A stretch of 64,000 nt of DNA from Camelus ferus (taxonomy: Eukaryota), in assembly GCF_009834535.1 (NCBI RefSeq), contig NC_045697.1:8868001-8932000 (forward strand), written 5' to 3'. The notes below the pieces were generated by a model. That model was not told where the DNA came from. It ran no database searches and saw only the letters and a program-made list of their open reading frames with translations. Below, in pieces: positions 38,060 through 51,612 of this stretch (positions are counted from its first letter, which is position 1; every line of letters begins with the position of its first letter). The translations under genes were made by a program, and so were the position numbers.

Positions 38060-38790
38060 TGAAAAAAAGAACCATATCATGAAGGGATTTTGGGGACCTA
38101 GGATTTTACTCTACAGACAATTAGAAGCCATCAAAGGCTTTCAGCAGGGGAGTGACATAGTTTGATTTACATTTTAACATGATTCCTTTAGCTGTTGGAT
38201 GATAAGTAAGCTGTGAGAAGGTACACGTGGGTGTACAGTGGTCCAGGTATGAGGTGGTGTCACCTGGACCTTGGAGAGTCCAGTGGAGATGGACCATAAG
38301 GGAATGGATTTGAAATACATTTTAGAGATAAACACATCAGAACTTGCTGTCCAACTGGATTTAATTGGAGGCTGAAGGAAAGGGACAAATGAAAAAAGAC
38401 ATTTAGATCAAGCAGCTGGGTGGTGGTGGTGCCTGCTGAGATAGGGAAGGCTGGAGTGTAACAAGAGGAGTAAGGAGGACAGATCAAGTTGTAAGTCCTG
38501 TGAAACATGCAAACAGAGCTATCAACAGGCACTTGGATATACAAGTTTGGAACTGGGGTGGAGAGGTAGTCTGGTAAACACTTGGATTGATTTGTGACTT
38601 TGGTGGGAACACACAGGAGTGGGATTATAAGCAATCCTGATCTTATAAAAAGCAAATGAGAAGTGACATTGGAGATCATAAGTGCAACCAAAATTTTGAA
38701 GAAACTCAGTTCTGGAGCAAATAAGATCAAAGGCAGAAGATAAAGAACTAGAGGTAGAGGGTTGAACAAGTGTATTTTTTTTTAAATGGG
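38060..38790 (-). mobile_element. L2 LINE fragment
   Basis: 'gaagccatcaaaggctttcagcaggggagtgacatagtttgattta' and 'aggcacttggatatacaagtttgga'. Confidence 0.8.
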
Positions 38791-39711
38791 AGAAATCCAT
38801 AGTTAGTGGAAGGAATTAATAGAAAAGCAGTGGTAGAAAATACAGGGAAAAGGAGGGAAAACTAAAAAAAAAAAAAGACTGAGGAGGCAGAAAGGATGAG
38901 ACAGGGGTTCAGGGGATGCTTTTTGATGCGAGGATAGAGAAGAAACACACCATTTCCTGAGAGTGGCAGAAGAAGGGGACACTGTCATGTGACATCTAAG
39001 TACCAAGCTTCAGAGCCAGGTGGCCTGAGTTTGCATTAGGCTCTGCTGTTTACAAGGGATGGAACCCTCTAAATCTCAGTTTCTTCAGTAATAACACGGG
39101 GATGATAATACTATTACCTGTGTGTAGGACTGTTAAGAGAGCGCTTGGCATACACCTCAATAAACTTGGGTCATATTGTATAAATAAATACAGGTTTGCA
39201 TGTATAAGTGGAAAGTAAAAATATAATCACACTGAGTTCCTCAGTTTCCTTAGCATGGTGATACAGGGATGGGTTGTGAAGACCCTTAGTTTGCAAAAGC
39301 TCCTCTGGATAATGGGAGAAGGAATTGATCACTAGAACTTTCCTCTTTCTATTGGCATTTATATAGCAGGTGAAACTGGTCTAAAGTGAGGCTAAACCAT
39401 ATATAGTTCAGACTGTTCTTTTCCTGGTTAATACAAATGAGTAAGACTGGACCAAACTGCTCGGATTCTTGGAACTGGCCACAAAACATCATGGAGGGTT
39501 TTACAAAACTAGACACAAAACCACGCTTTCCCTGCTGCCAGATCTGTGGACAGAGCTGCCTGTCTGGAAGATTGCTTCTTTGAAACGTGGCACACTGTGT
39601 GTTGCTTTTTGTTTGCAGTTCAACTGACTTTTTCTTTCAGGTTGTCTGCAATTGTGGGAGGGCAGATTTCAGCTCTGCAAGATTGTGTAGACATTTAGTT
39701 AAATGTAGTTC

Positions 39712-40959
39712 TTTTTTTAAAATTTTATTTTATTGAGTTATAGTCAGTTTACAATGTTGTGTCAATTTCCAGTGTAGAGAACAGTTTTTAAGTTATACAT
39801 GAACATACATATATTCATTGTCCCACTCTTTTTCGCTGTGAGCTACCACAAGATATTGTATATATTTCCCTGCGCTATACAGTATAATCTTGTTTATCTA
39901 TTCTATACATACCTGTCAGTACCTACAAATTTCGAATTCCCAGTCTGTCTCTTCCCACCTCCTTCCCCCTTGGCAACCACAAGTTTGTATTCTATGTCTA
40001 TGAGACTGTTTCTGTTTTGCATTTATGTTCATTTGTCTTTTTCTTTTCTTTTCTTTTTTTAGATTCCACATATGAGCAATCTCATATGGTATTTTTCTTT
40101 CTCTTTCTGGCTTACTTCACTTAGAATGACATTCTCCAGGGACAGCCGTGTTGCTGCAAATGGCATTATGTTGTCATTTTTATGGCTGAATAGTATTCCA
40201 CTGTATAAATATACTACATCTTCTTTATCCAGTCATCTGTTGATGGACATTTAGGCTGTTTCCATGTCTTGGCTATTGTAAATAGCACTGCTATGAACAC
40301 TGGGGTGCAGGTGTCTTTTTGAAATAGGGTTCCTTCTGGATATATGCCCAGGAGCGGGATTCCTGGGTCATACGGTAAGTCTATTCCTAGTCTTTTGAGG
40401 AATCTCCATACTGTTTTCCACAGTGGCTGCACCAAACTGCATTCCCACCAGCAGTGTAGGAGGGTTCCCTTTTTTCCATAGCCTCTCCAGCATTTGTCAT
40501 TTGTGGACTTTTGAATGATGGCCATTCTGACTGGTGTGAGGTGACACCTCATTGTAGTTTTGATTTGCATTTCTCTGATAATTAGTGATATTGAGCATTT
40601 TTTCATGTGCTTATTGATCATTCATATTTCTGCATTGGAGAATTGCTTGTTTAATTCTTCTACCCATTTTTGGACTGGGTTGTTTGTTTTATTCTTATTA
40701 AGTCGTCTGAGCTGCTTATATTTTCTGGAGATCAAGCTTTTGTCAGTTTCATCTTTTGCAAAAAATTTCTCCTATTCTGTAGGTTGCCTTTTTGTTTTGC
40801 TTATAGTTTCCTTTGCTGTGCAAAAGCTTGTAAGTTTAATTAGGTCCCATTGGTTTATTCTTGCTTTTATTTCTGTTGCTTGGGTAGACTGCCCTAGGAG
40901 AACATTTTTGAGATGTATGTGAGATAATATTTTGCTTATACTTTCTTCTAGGAGGTTTA
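39712..40959 (-). mobile_element. Young 5'-truncated camelid L1 (~1.25 kb)
   Basis: ORF 40214-40621(-) is the L1 ORF2 cysteine-rich C-terminus ([21 protein letters not shown]...CW...KTVWRFL...[13 protein letters not shown]). ORF 40772-40963 is also ORF2-like ([19 protein letters not shown]). 3' UTR and T tail at the left end. Confidence 0.97.
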
Positions 40960-41659
40960 CCATAAAAAGGGCTCTGATGGAGACTGACTGGAATATCTGG
41001 GGTTGATCCTGGTTCTTTTACTCCCGAAATGTGTGATGTTTCTTCAGCACCTAGAGAAGAAGGGGTTTGGACTGTTGCTGATTCCTGTCTCATTCTCCAA
41101 CCACCTGCAACACAAAAATCTCACTAAGCAACTCTTGCCTGAGAGATGGTTCTTTCTTGCCTCTTGAAAGTGTGCAGAAGGAGCTTCTTTTAGCAGGAGA
41201 GTGTCTCCAAACACATAGAGTTAGCCTCTTGTGTACTATGTTAGTTACTCACCATTCTCTCCTGTTTACTAGTAGATTTACTCAAGATTTACTCATTTGC
41301 TGAAGGTCCCCTGTGCTAGGTGCTGAAACTGTGGTAGCCTCTAAGAGAGACCTAGCTCTGTCTTCACGGACATCATAATCTTGGCTTCACCAAAGCAGCC
41401 CCATAAGGATGTTCATTTTCAGTAGAGTATGCTTTGATACTTCACTTAATATTTTGGACTCCACTTAATTCCACTCATCAAATATCATGGTTTTTGAAGA
41501 TTATTTTTTGTTCACATTTTGGTATCTGGTGTCCAGCATAATTTCTGGCATATACAAGGTGTGCAATAATATCTGAAATGATCTCTGGTAATTTGAGAAG
41601 GTGCAGCCTTCTCAATAGGTTATGATTATAATAATGTAATTTCCATCTTGGTGCATTAC

Positions 41660-41885
41660 GGAGAAAAGAGCATAATTGTCAGGAAGTTAACATTTGTTTA
41701 GCATTTGTCATGCAGCACTGTGTGTGTACTTTACATACATTTGTTAATTTGATTCTTTTCAATTGCCTGTTTTTTAAAATGAGAAACCTTAAATCCAGAG
41801 AAGGTATGTAAGCAGCCATGTTACTTAGCTATGATGTAGCAGAGACATGCTTTCTATCATGGTCTGTCTGACTCCAAATATTGTG
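41660..41885 (-). mobile_element. MIR SINE
   Basis: 'aaatgagaaacc...agagaaggta...ggtctgtctgactccaaa'. Confidence 0.65.
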
Positions 41886-42959
41886 CTTGTTCTATTTCTA
41901 CGTGTCTTCTACGATTGCAGGAATTACCGTTGTCATCAGACGTAGAATCCGTGACCGGTGCTATTACATAAGTAAAGGTGAGGACTTCCAGGTCCTGTCT
42001 GCCTGTGTCAGACTCTCTCCAGCTTCACTGTCATTGATCACAGAAGCCCCAGGGGTTGCAGACTGAAACAGACTCCAGTCAGATGACGGCACAAAATTAC
42101 AAATTAGAAGTAAAATAAGTACTGTTGTTGTTTTTCAACCATGGTAATAATAATGGCTTACACTGATCTGATGCTTTGTGGACTGTAAAACACTTGTCCC
42201 TGTGTCAGCGCTCCTGGGAAGTAGGTGAGGCAGGGATCAGCAAGCTTCTTCTCCCTCACCTGAACTCACCCTGCTGGTTAGTGGCTTGGATAAGTCTGGG
42301 CTTTTTGCTCCTTGTCCAGTGATACACAGAATAATGAAAGAGGCTCTCAGTTTAGACTGGCCACGTGTGTGCCAGCTATAAGCTAACCCAGCAGATGCAC
42401 AGATTTATAGCTAGGCTTCAAATGGTAACAACATAATTTCATGATGGCTCACAGTTTATTTTTCCTTTCAGAAAGGAAAGATGCCCTTTCTTCTTTCTTC
42501 CATTGTGTTTTGTAAGAAAATCTAGTTGTGGGTTGCAGCCAGGAGAGAATGGGGTGTTCTCATTTTTTTTCAATTTTCAGACCATCACAAAGGAAGGAAA
42601 AGCTTTTTAGTCATTTGGAAATGATAATAAACAAGATTCTGGGTCAGGTAATTTACAAGAGACCTGAACAGTTTTGATACTTTTACCTGTACTTATAGGA
42701 GCCCCCCACCCAAGACCTTTTTTGTTGGCTTTCTAATGTATCCCATCTAAAGCTGCAGCCAGCAAGGGCGCTGAAAGCTCATCTTGCTTTTCCTACCCAA
42801 AGGAGCTTATCTCTGAGCTGGCCACTCACCAAGAATTACATGCTGGGGCTTCTGTGGCTTTTAGTGGCAGTGTTTTCTTTTCTGTCCCCTTTACTTCTCC
42901 ATGTTATGGCCTATGCTTAGAGAATCTCTGCTCCTCTGGAGATAGGAAGTTTGAGTTCA

Positions 42960-43160
42960 AAGAAGCACTCAGTGGATTTAGGAAATACAGCACCGGGGGT
43001 TTGCTGCCAGCTCCACCATTTAGAGGCTTTGTGATACTGGGGGAGTCATTTCATAAGCTTCACTTTCTTCATCTGTGAAATGGGAATAAGGCCTGCCTCA
43101 CAGAGTTGTTGCGTGAATGACACGTAAAACTGTATGTGAAAAATACTTTGCACACAAAAT
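42960..43160 (+). mobile_element. MIR SINE
   Basis: 'cagctccaccattt...ctttcttcatctgtgaaatgggaataa...cctcacagagttgttg'. Confidence 0.75.
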
Positions 43161-43296
43161 TGATCTTTACTGTCTTTTCACATTTATGGCTCTCTCTCTG
43201 GGTTTTTGAAACTTACTGTCCATTTCCAACAAGATGTTTCTTCCCCAAACTTATTTTAAGCTGTTTTTGTCATTCTTTTTGAAAGGCCTGGGGCTG

Positions 43297-43718
43297 TTTG
43301 ATGGTTAATTTTATGTGTCAACTTGTCTGGGCCATGATTCCCAGACATGTGTTCAAGTACCAGACTGGATGTTTCTACAAAGATGTTTTTTGGATAATAT
43401 TAACATTTAAACCTGTAGACTTTGAGTAAAGCAGATTGCCCTTCATAATGTGGGTGAGCCTTATCTAATCAGTTGATGTCCTGAATAAAACAAAAGACTG
43501 CCCCTCCCCCCCAAGCATGAGGGATTTCTGTGGCAGAAGCCTTCAGACTTGACTTGCAGCACTGGCTCTTTCCTGGGTCTCTAGTCTGCTGGCCTACACT
43601 GCAAATTTTGGACTTACCAGCCCCCATAATCATGGGAGCTGATTTCTTAGAATAAATCTATTTCTACATATATACACAACTTACTGGTTCTGCTTTTCTG
43701 GAGAACCCTGACTAATAT
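43297..43718 (+). mobile_element. MLT2 (ERVL) solo LTR, MLT2C/D-like
   Basis: Start 'tgatggttaattttatgtgtcaacttg', internal 'gagtaaagcagattgccct', end 'ggttctgcttttctggagaaccctgactaata'. Confidence 0.92.
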
Positions 43719-45344
43719 GAGCTTGTTTGTGATAGCATCCTTTGTAGGTCACCACTGAGGCAAGAAGTGATGGCCCCTCATCAGAGCCTTGGAGCTGAGT
43801 TGTGCATCAGGATGCTGGGCTGGGAGGCTGGCACCTGATGACCCTCAGGTTAGTGTCTTTCTGTCAACATGGTTCCAGCATGATGGGAATGGACCTACCA
43901 GTACTGATGTCTTGTACAGGAAGCTCTGAGCTCTCACTCCTTTTCTATGAACTCTCTTCCCCAACAATCCTAGGCAAAGCCTGAATCTTTTCAAGGAGTG
44001 CTCCTCCTCTGAATATAGGGAAATTTTTGGACTTTGTGTTTGTTGGTCTTGCTTACACATCAGTTACATTGTGTCTCCTGCTCTTAGACACCCCCAGGAG
44101 TTCCCTATTCCCACCACATCAAGTGCAAATGCCCTTGCCTGGATCTGAGCACATTACATCCATCTTTTTCTCATCCCTTGAAAGTGACTTGCTCATTTCT
44201 GCCTCCATATTTTTGCTCATTTCCATTCTTTCTAAAGTGGTTTCCATCATGCCACTCAGGGCTGTCTAGGCTTCGGGACTTCCGACTCCCAGTCGGAATC
44301 CACCAAACCTCCTTCATCAAACTCTCCTTGATGGCTCCTATTTCATGCTGATGACTCTGCCCTGAGCTTCAACACCCTTGACAAATCTGCTCCACAGGGT
44401 TCAGCAATACATTATACACTGCCTTGCAGTCATTTTTAAAAAGGCTCAAACTCAGTTGAGAGCTTTCAAACTCAATCATGTGAGAAATGGTTAATTGAAT
44501 AACTACTATTCACTCTGTCAGTTACCTGAGCTAAATGTGTAAGACAAAGCTTGCATTCTTAAATGGCTTGTATCTAGTGGGAGAGATAGGCCAGGAACCA
44601 GAAAATTAAAGTGCAGTGATATGAGCGGTAAAACAGAGATGTGTGCAAAGGGGAGAGGGGAAGTGAATGTGGGAGGGATCTATCGTTGAACTCCTATCAT
44701 GTTCTGAGTCCTGTGCTAGTGATTTACATGCATCATGTTATTTAGTACTTAAAAAATCCTTCAAGGAGGATGTGGAGCAATGTCCCTACCTTCCCAATGA
44801 GACCAAGATAGAAGTGACTTGCCAACATCAGAGAATTTGGTGGAGTTGGTGGGTCTGATGCCTCCAAAGCCCATTCACTTTTCCATTATCTTGTCTGTCA
44901 GGAGGGTTGATTGGTAACTGCCATCAAGTCATGCTCTGCCATTGGCCCCTCAGACCCTTCCCTCTTTTCAGTGATATTTGGGCTGTTTGCACCTTTTCTT
45001 TCCTCTCACAAGAACTTCTGTTTTGCTGAGGATTACCAAAGCAAGATAACAAACAATAAGAGCAAGGATAAGCAAAATCAAAACCCCTTCCTTTTTGTAA
45101 CGTGAAGAAACTTCTAGTTATTAATTTGCTGTTAAAACTTGAATTTAAAGGAATAAGTTTTGACTTTTAAATTAATTTATTATTTGTTTGGTAGTCATAC
45201 ACAATCATTAAACAACCAACATGTGTAAAGACATTCCATCAAATCTAGTTCTGAAGCATTATTTTTTGATGGTTTGTTATAAAATCTCTTTATTGTCCAA
45301 CTGGATTTGTTTTTCTCAAGAAACAATAGACTTAAGTATGCTTT

Positions 45345-45420
45345 AAGGGAGGAAGGGAAGAAGGAACAAAGGAAGGAAGGAAAGGAACAAAGGAAGGAAG
45401 GAAAGAAGAAAAGAGGAAGG
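45345..45420. repeat. GA-rich low-complexity tract with a 21-bp tandem duplication
   Basis: aaggaacaaaggaaggaagga x2 at 45361-45402. Confidence 0.85.
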
Positions 45421-45576
45421 GTGGGCTAAGATGATGGACCACTGCAAGGCATTCTGGGAGTGATCGTCTACTGGTAGCTCTGGGTCCACTGAGAGTAGAG
45501 AACATGTTCCCTTGGACATGTTTAAGATTCTGTGTTCACTACCTTCAGGACAGAGGACTCCCTTTCATTACAGGGC

Positions 45577-45926
45577 TGTCTTAGTAGCTTGGGCTGATGT
45601 AAAAATTTACCATAGACTGGGTGGCTTAAAGATTTATTTCTTACAGTTCTGGAGGTGATGCAGAAATAGATAGTTTCTTGATCCATGCTCACATGGCAGA
45701 GAGAGACAGAGAGAGGAGAGAGATAGAGAGAGGAAGTGAACACTCGAACACTCTCTGGTTTCTTCGTCTCCTTATAAGGGCACCCGTCCCATCATGGAAG
45801 CTATACATCTGATGACTTCATTCAAATCCAATTATTTCCCAAAGGTCACACCTCCAAACCATCATATTGAGGATGAGGGCTTCAACATATGGATTTTGGC
45901 TGGACAAACATATTCAGTCCACAGCA
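45577..45926 (-). mobile_element. MLT1A-like solo LTR
   Basis: 'tgtcttagt...ccatagactgggtggcttaa...ttataagggcac...cttcaacatatg...attcagtccacagca'. Confidence 0.9.
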
Positions 45927-48884
45927 AGGATTCCTTTGTCTCTGTACTGCAGCCTCTGCCATTTTGTCTTCTCCTTTGTCTAGCACTTGAAACATCTGAT
46001 GCCACATGGACTTAATGATCCTGCTGGTGGGAGTGAGACAGCTCTCCCTTGACTGATGAGTCTTTCCAACTATAACCTTTCTTTTCAACTTTATCTTCCA
46101 AAACACTTCCTCCCAATCCCTACATCACTACATTCCAGTCAAGCAGATTCCATGCCCCTCAACATTCCTTTGCTTCAGTTGTTCCCTTCCTTTGGGTCTA
46201 CTGCCTACCATTTCTGCCCTGTCCTTCAAAACCCACTTTATCAAAGCCCCCTCTGCTCTCTTCAATTGGAATCTCTCTCTGTTCTCCTGTTAATAACTTT
46301 TATAGGTGGAAGGAACTAAGATCCAGATCTGAATTCTGCTTCTGTCACTCACCAGCTGTGTGCTTTTGAGTGAGTTCCATAGCCTCCCCCAGCTTCACCT
46401 CAGCCTCCTCTCTCATTAAGCGAGGAACGTAAACCTCCATCATGCCTTTGAGACTTTGCACATGTTATTTTCTCTGCCAAGAACAATATCTTCTTCTAGT
46501 TTGCTTGGCCGACTCATTTTCTGGGACTCAGCTTTGAAGTCACTTCTTCCTAGAAGACTTCTTGGATCCTCCAAATTGGTATTAGGTGTCCTCTGCTTCC
46601 CCTGTCAGCACTTCATGTTAAATTGTAATTATATGTTTGCTTGTTTCTATCCCTTTACCATATCACGGGACCTAGAGCATAAGAGTAATGATCAGTAAGT
46701 ATTGTCAAGAGATACTTTACTTATCATGTGAGGAAAGCACATGGCATATGTAAGTAGCTGCTCGATAAATTATATTGAGCTCTCCTCCCTCCCTGTACCT
46801 CAGTGGCCTTTGTTCCTGTCTCTCCACTTGATTTTATACTTTTCAAGACCTGGATACACTTGGTTCTCTACATCTAAAGACCTGGATCCATGACTTAATT
46901 ATCTTTGCATCCCTCACAAAGTCCAACACTCAGCACCACACATGCAGTAGGTACTGGACAAATGTCAACCATGATATGCATCAGTCTGAAATTCTTTAAA
47001 TTCAAGTCTTCATGTTAGGAAAACACTTTGCCTACCTTTGCTGGTGTCATAATTGAGAGCTCAGTTTACTTAAAACAGCATTTCTCTTTTTAATAAGAAA
47101 TGTTCAATGATTGATTGTGGAATGAATAGATGACAAATACATAAAATTCTTGTTTGTGCTTGGGCTGGATTTAAGTTGTTCCCATGAGGACAGGGAGTTC
47201 TTGTTCTTCATCTTGTATCTCACTGTGCCTTGCATGTGGGGTCTTGCTGAGCTGGATTGTGGAATAAGCCTGGGGATTCTGCTTTTACCTGGCTATTTGG
47301 AAACTTCTTAGAAAACTGCTCCAAAGGTTACTTTGGCTGTTATAGTGGCAGACAGTGCGTGGATAGATGAAGGGAGAGAAGAAAATAGAAGAGCCATGAA
47401 TTCATTTTTAAATGGAAGACAGTCATGTCAGAAGGCAGGCATGGAAACCTACTCTCTCTCATCCTCTCTTCCCTGTTGCCCATTTCAGGGTCTTTCAGGA
47501 AATAGCAAGAGGCTACACTTTCCGTAATGAGATAGAAAGGGCCACAGTATCAGTCGGACAGACCAGGTTGGAAGACCAAGCACAGAAGGAGGGGCTTTTC
47601 CCACTCTGTCGTCAGCCCTGCCAGCTGGGTCTTGGCTTGTCTTGAAGTTCCCTGGCCGAGGGTTTCCTCCTCCTCCCCCCAGCCCAGCAGAACCTCCAGG
47701 CCAGCTGAGAGACAGAGAGCGTGAGCAGGGCAGGCAGGCGAGGCAGCTGCTGGGGGCATGCACTCTTTTATTTCATACTTAGATTTACAAGTATAATGAG
47801 GCTTCATCTGCTGACTGCCAGCCTACCATCCATCAACACTGTTCCACTGGAGGCAGAGCCCAGGTCCTGCTGGGCCTCTGAAACATTGGTATGTTCTCTT
47901 CTCCTGCCTTGTGGGCCTGATACACAAAAGGAATGGGGCTACAGATGGAAGCTGTTTGCTGCATGTGTGTGTCTGGGGGCAGGCAAGCCTGCAACTGGTG
48001 TCCCTGCCAGGAAACACACCAGCTGGTGATGTTTTTATGTCTGCTTCCCCCAGCTCCAAGTCCAGCATGGAGCAAATCAGAGAACTGATGTGCTAAGCCT
48101 GACTTCCTTCTCCTTCCAGCTTCCATTCTGGGTTTATACACTCTTGGCATGAGGGTTGCTCAGCTGTAGGCCTTGCTTCTCAGTCCCCTTGGCAGTGAGG
48201 TTGTGATGACTGGCCCTCTGGGATGTAGGAAGGAAGTGTATGATTCCTGCACCTGCTCTGGCTTGCATAAGGGGTTTTCCCCTCTCACCCATTAGGTTGA
48301 GACAACTTGGTACAAATGGGCTATTTCTAGCTCATTGTAAGGGAGAGTTGGACTGAATTCTCTTTTCAGAAGGGAAGCCTTATGGATACACTATTTGAAA
48401 GTCATATGGCATCATGATAGATACTGTTAGTGTTGAATCTTGAGAGGAGGCCGTCTGGGTTCTGTATTTAAGACATTCCATCCATCTCCTTTGACCACAC
48501 TGGGTTCCTCAAAGCTAGAGGCTTTAATAAGTCCTTGGAACATATGATTCTGAATTCATAGATTTCCTAGATGAGTGACTTTGGGAAGTTACTTATTTAA
48601 TCTCCCTAACTCTTAGTGTCCTCATTTAGTGAATGAAGAAAGAGAAAATGGATGAAGACATCTGTCTATCATCTATCTACTGAGAATTTTAATTCCAATC
48701 CCCGTATGATTTTCTACCCCTATGAGCGGTGCTGAATTGTGTCGAAATCTCACAGGCTTCTGAATCCCATTTTACAATGAGAGATTTGTAACTTGGGCTT
48801 GCTGGTGTTTCTCTTTCCAAAGTCATGTATATATGTGAGTGAGTGAATATTTGCATGTGTTTGTGTGTTGGTGTTTAACACTCT

Positions 48885-49140
48885 ATCTGAGAGGCTAGTG
48901 GAATCATGATGGTGCTCTGAGGTCAAAATGCCCAGGTTGGATTTTGGCTCTCCTACTTACTAGTAATTTCACCTTGGACAAGTGGTTTAACCTCTTTGTA
49001 TTTTAATTTTCTCTTTTATAAGATGGTGGTAATAATAATAATGATGCCCATCTCTTGATGTTTTTGTGGGATTCAATTAGTTTATACAGTGATTACTTAG
49101 AACAATGCTTAGTACCTGATATGCTGTATAAGTTTTCTTA
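48885..49140 (+). mobile_element. MIR SINE
   Basis: 'ggctctcctacttactag...accttggacaagtggtttaacctct...cttagaacaatgctt'. Confidence 0.75.
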
Positions 49141-49943
49141 CTGTGGGTGGTGATCAAGGAATGTGATTTCATAGTGTCTTACTCTTAGGGAGTTGTCTGC
49201 AGGTATGTAAACATTTTTACCTTATGCACAAGACCTCGCAATTTTTCCTTCAGAGTATATTCTATATGAAGACTCCCTTACTCCTTAATGCCCCTTCTGT
49301 CCTTCATCTTTCCTTGCCCTCTTCCAGCAGCTCCACTTTAAGTACCCCTCCTGCTGGTGTCTCACTACCCTCCCACTGTCATGAGAATAAAGTCTCTGAT
49401 CAGGTCCCTTCTTTGTCATATAAAGATACAGACACACACACTTATATATGTACTATAAGTAACAATTCCAGTGTCACTAGGAACTGAAGTTCTCCTCATT
49501 AGAGACAAAAAAATACATGTAAAATGAATCCTGATACATTTTATGTGAAAAAAAGTTGTTAGCTCTGTCCACTGGAAAAGCCTAGAAAGGATGGTCAACC
49601 CAGTAGCAATGAGGACCCTTCACACCCAAATTGTGGTCTCCAAATAACATTGCTCACAAGAGCTGAGGTTTCTTGGAGAAATGGATGATTACAGGTTTGA
49701 GACAGGAAATGTATTAGCTGAGTCTGTGACATCTTGTCACGCCATAAAGTAAGAAAGCTATCTAAGGCTCTTGGGGCCATGCTCAAATGACTTAGGAGAA
49801 ATGTGAAGTTGCCCCTAAGTAGTTCCAATGGCTAAAGATAAACTTTAAACATCATAAAGATTAATAGCTGCAATATATTGAAATACATCAAATAAGTTAG
49901 AAATCTCTGAGCGCATAATAATATTTAAAAAGAAGTCATTGGT

Positions 49944-50864
49944 AAACAAACATTTCTCCAGTGAAGACACACAAACGGCCAATAGCACATGAAAAAAATG
50001 CTCAGTATCGCTGACTGTTAGACAAATGCAAATCAAAACTACAATGAGGTATCACCTCACACCAGTCAGAATGGCCATCATTCAAAAGCCCACAAACAAT
50101 AAATGAGGGAGAGGCTGTGGAGAAAAGGGAACAAATTTTTACACTGCTGGTAGGAATGTACTTTGGTGCAGCCATTATGGAAAACAGTATGGAGATTCCT
50201 CAAAAGACAAAAAACAGGCTTACCATATGATCTAGCAATCCCCCTCTTGGGCATTTATAGAGATGAAACTCTAATTTGAAAAGATACATGCACCCCAATA
50301 TTCATAGCAGCACTATTTGCAATAGCCAATACATGGAAGCAACATAAATGTCCATTCATAGATGACTGGATAAAGAAGTTGTGGTATATATATATACAAT
50401 GGAATACTACTCACCCACAAAAAATAAAATAATAATGTCATTTGCAGCAACATACGTAAACCTGAAGATTATACTACTACTAAGTGAAATAAACCAAAAA
50501 GAGAAAGAAAAATACCTTATATCATTTATATGTGGAATCTAAAAAAAAAAAATGAGCTAACGAACTTATCTACAAAACAGAAACAAACTCACAGAAGTAG
50601 AAAACAAACTTGTAGTTACGAAGGGGAAAGGTGGGGGTGGAGAGATAAATTGGGAGTTTGATATTTGCAGATACTATTATACACAAAATAGATGCACAGC
50701 AAGGTCCTTCTGTGCAGCACATGAAACTCTATTCAACACCTTGTAGTAACCTATAATGACAAAGAATATGCAAAGAAATATACATACATATATATGTAAC
50801 TGAATCACTCTGCTGTACACCATAAATTAACACAATATTGTAAACCGACTATACTCCAATAAAA
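49944..50864 (+). mobile_element. Young 5'-truncated L1 (~0.9 kb)
   Basis: ORF2 end 'atgcaaatcaaaactacaatgaggtatcacctcacaccagtcagaatggcc', 3' UTR and AATAAA/A tail. 11-bp TSD aagtcattggt (49933-49943, 50865-50875). Confidence 0.96.
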
Positions 50865-51612
50865 AAGTCATTGGTTACTTTTGGAGGATTCCAGGGACCG
50901 AAATAATTATTGAGAAAATTGGTAAATAAAGGAAAATGTGAAGCGTTTATCCTATATTTCATTTACCTCAGTACAACTAAATAGTTGGCATAGGAAAGAT
51001 TATCCTTTATAAAATTATTCCTGTTAATAAATTAAGAAAAAAATTTAAGATTAGACCATCACTATTTTGCAACTCCTAATGAAATAATAGGTATAGATCA
51101 TGATTGTCAATGGTTACTGACCTCATTAGGTGAAATGCTAATGGGGAACATTATGGAAGATGGATCAGGAGGATAACACTGAAACCCACTGATCAATCTT
51201 AACATCATGTAAGCAGAGGCAATCAGACATTAGATGCCTCTGATGAAGCCTCATCATGCCATGAGAAGTCACAAAAAATTGAACCTGAGTGTGATCAAAC
51301 CTCTGAATCAAACTGATAGTTTTCAGGAGAAACAGGGGACAGAGGAACATATTAAACACCACCACAGCATGCCCTTGGCAAAATCTAGAGTGTGGGAGAC
51401 TCTACTGGCAAAATTATATATTATTTCAACAAGTAAATTGTAAGGAAAAACAAAAGAGGTAGAAGAAGCCCATAGGTTAAAAAAAATTGAAAAGACATAC
51501 TAATCAATGTAATAAGGAAATGGAGGAATTGTGAACAGACTGGATATGGCATTAATATTAATTTTCTAGACATGATAATGTGATTGTGAACATGCATTGA
51601 AAGAGACACCTT

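Noticed and set aside
38260..38769. Longest ORF in the track (169 aa, hydrophobic)
   Set aside because: It lies within a decayed L2. The composition reflects the pyrimidine-rich strand and shows no recognisable domain.
40214..40963. ORFs with real protein similarity (also 4184-4444 and 57280-57637)
   Set aside because: They are L1 ORF2 remnants in 5'-truncated, disrupted elements, not host genes.
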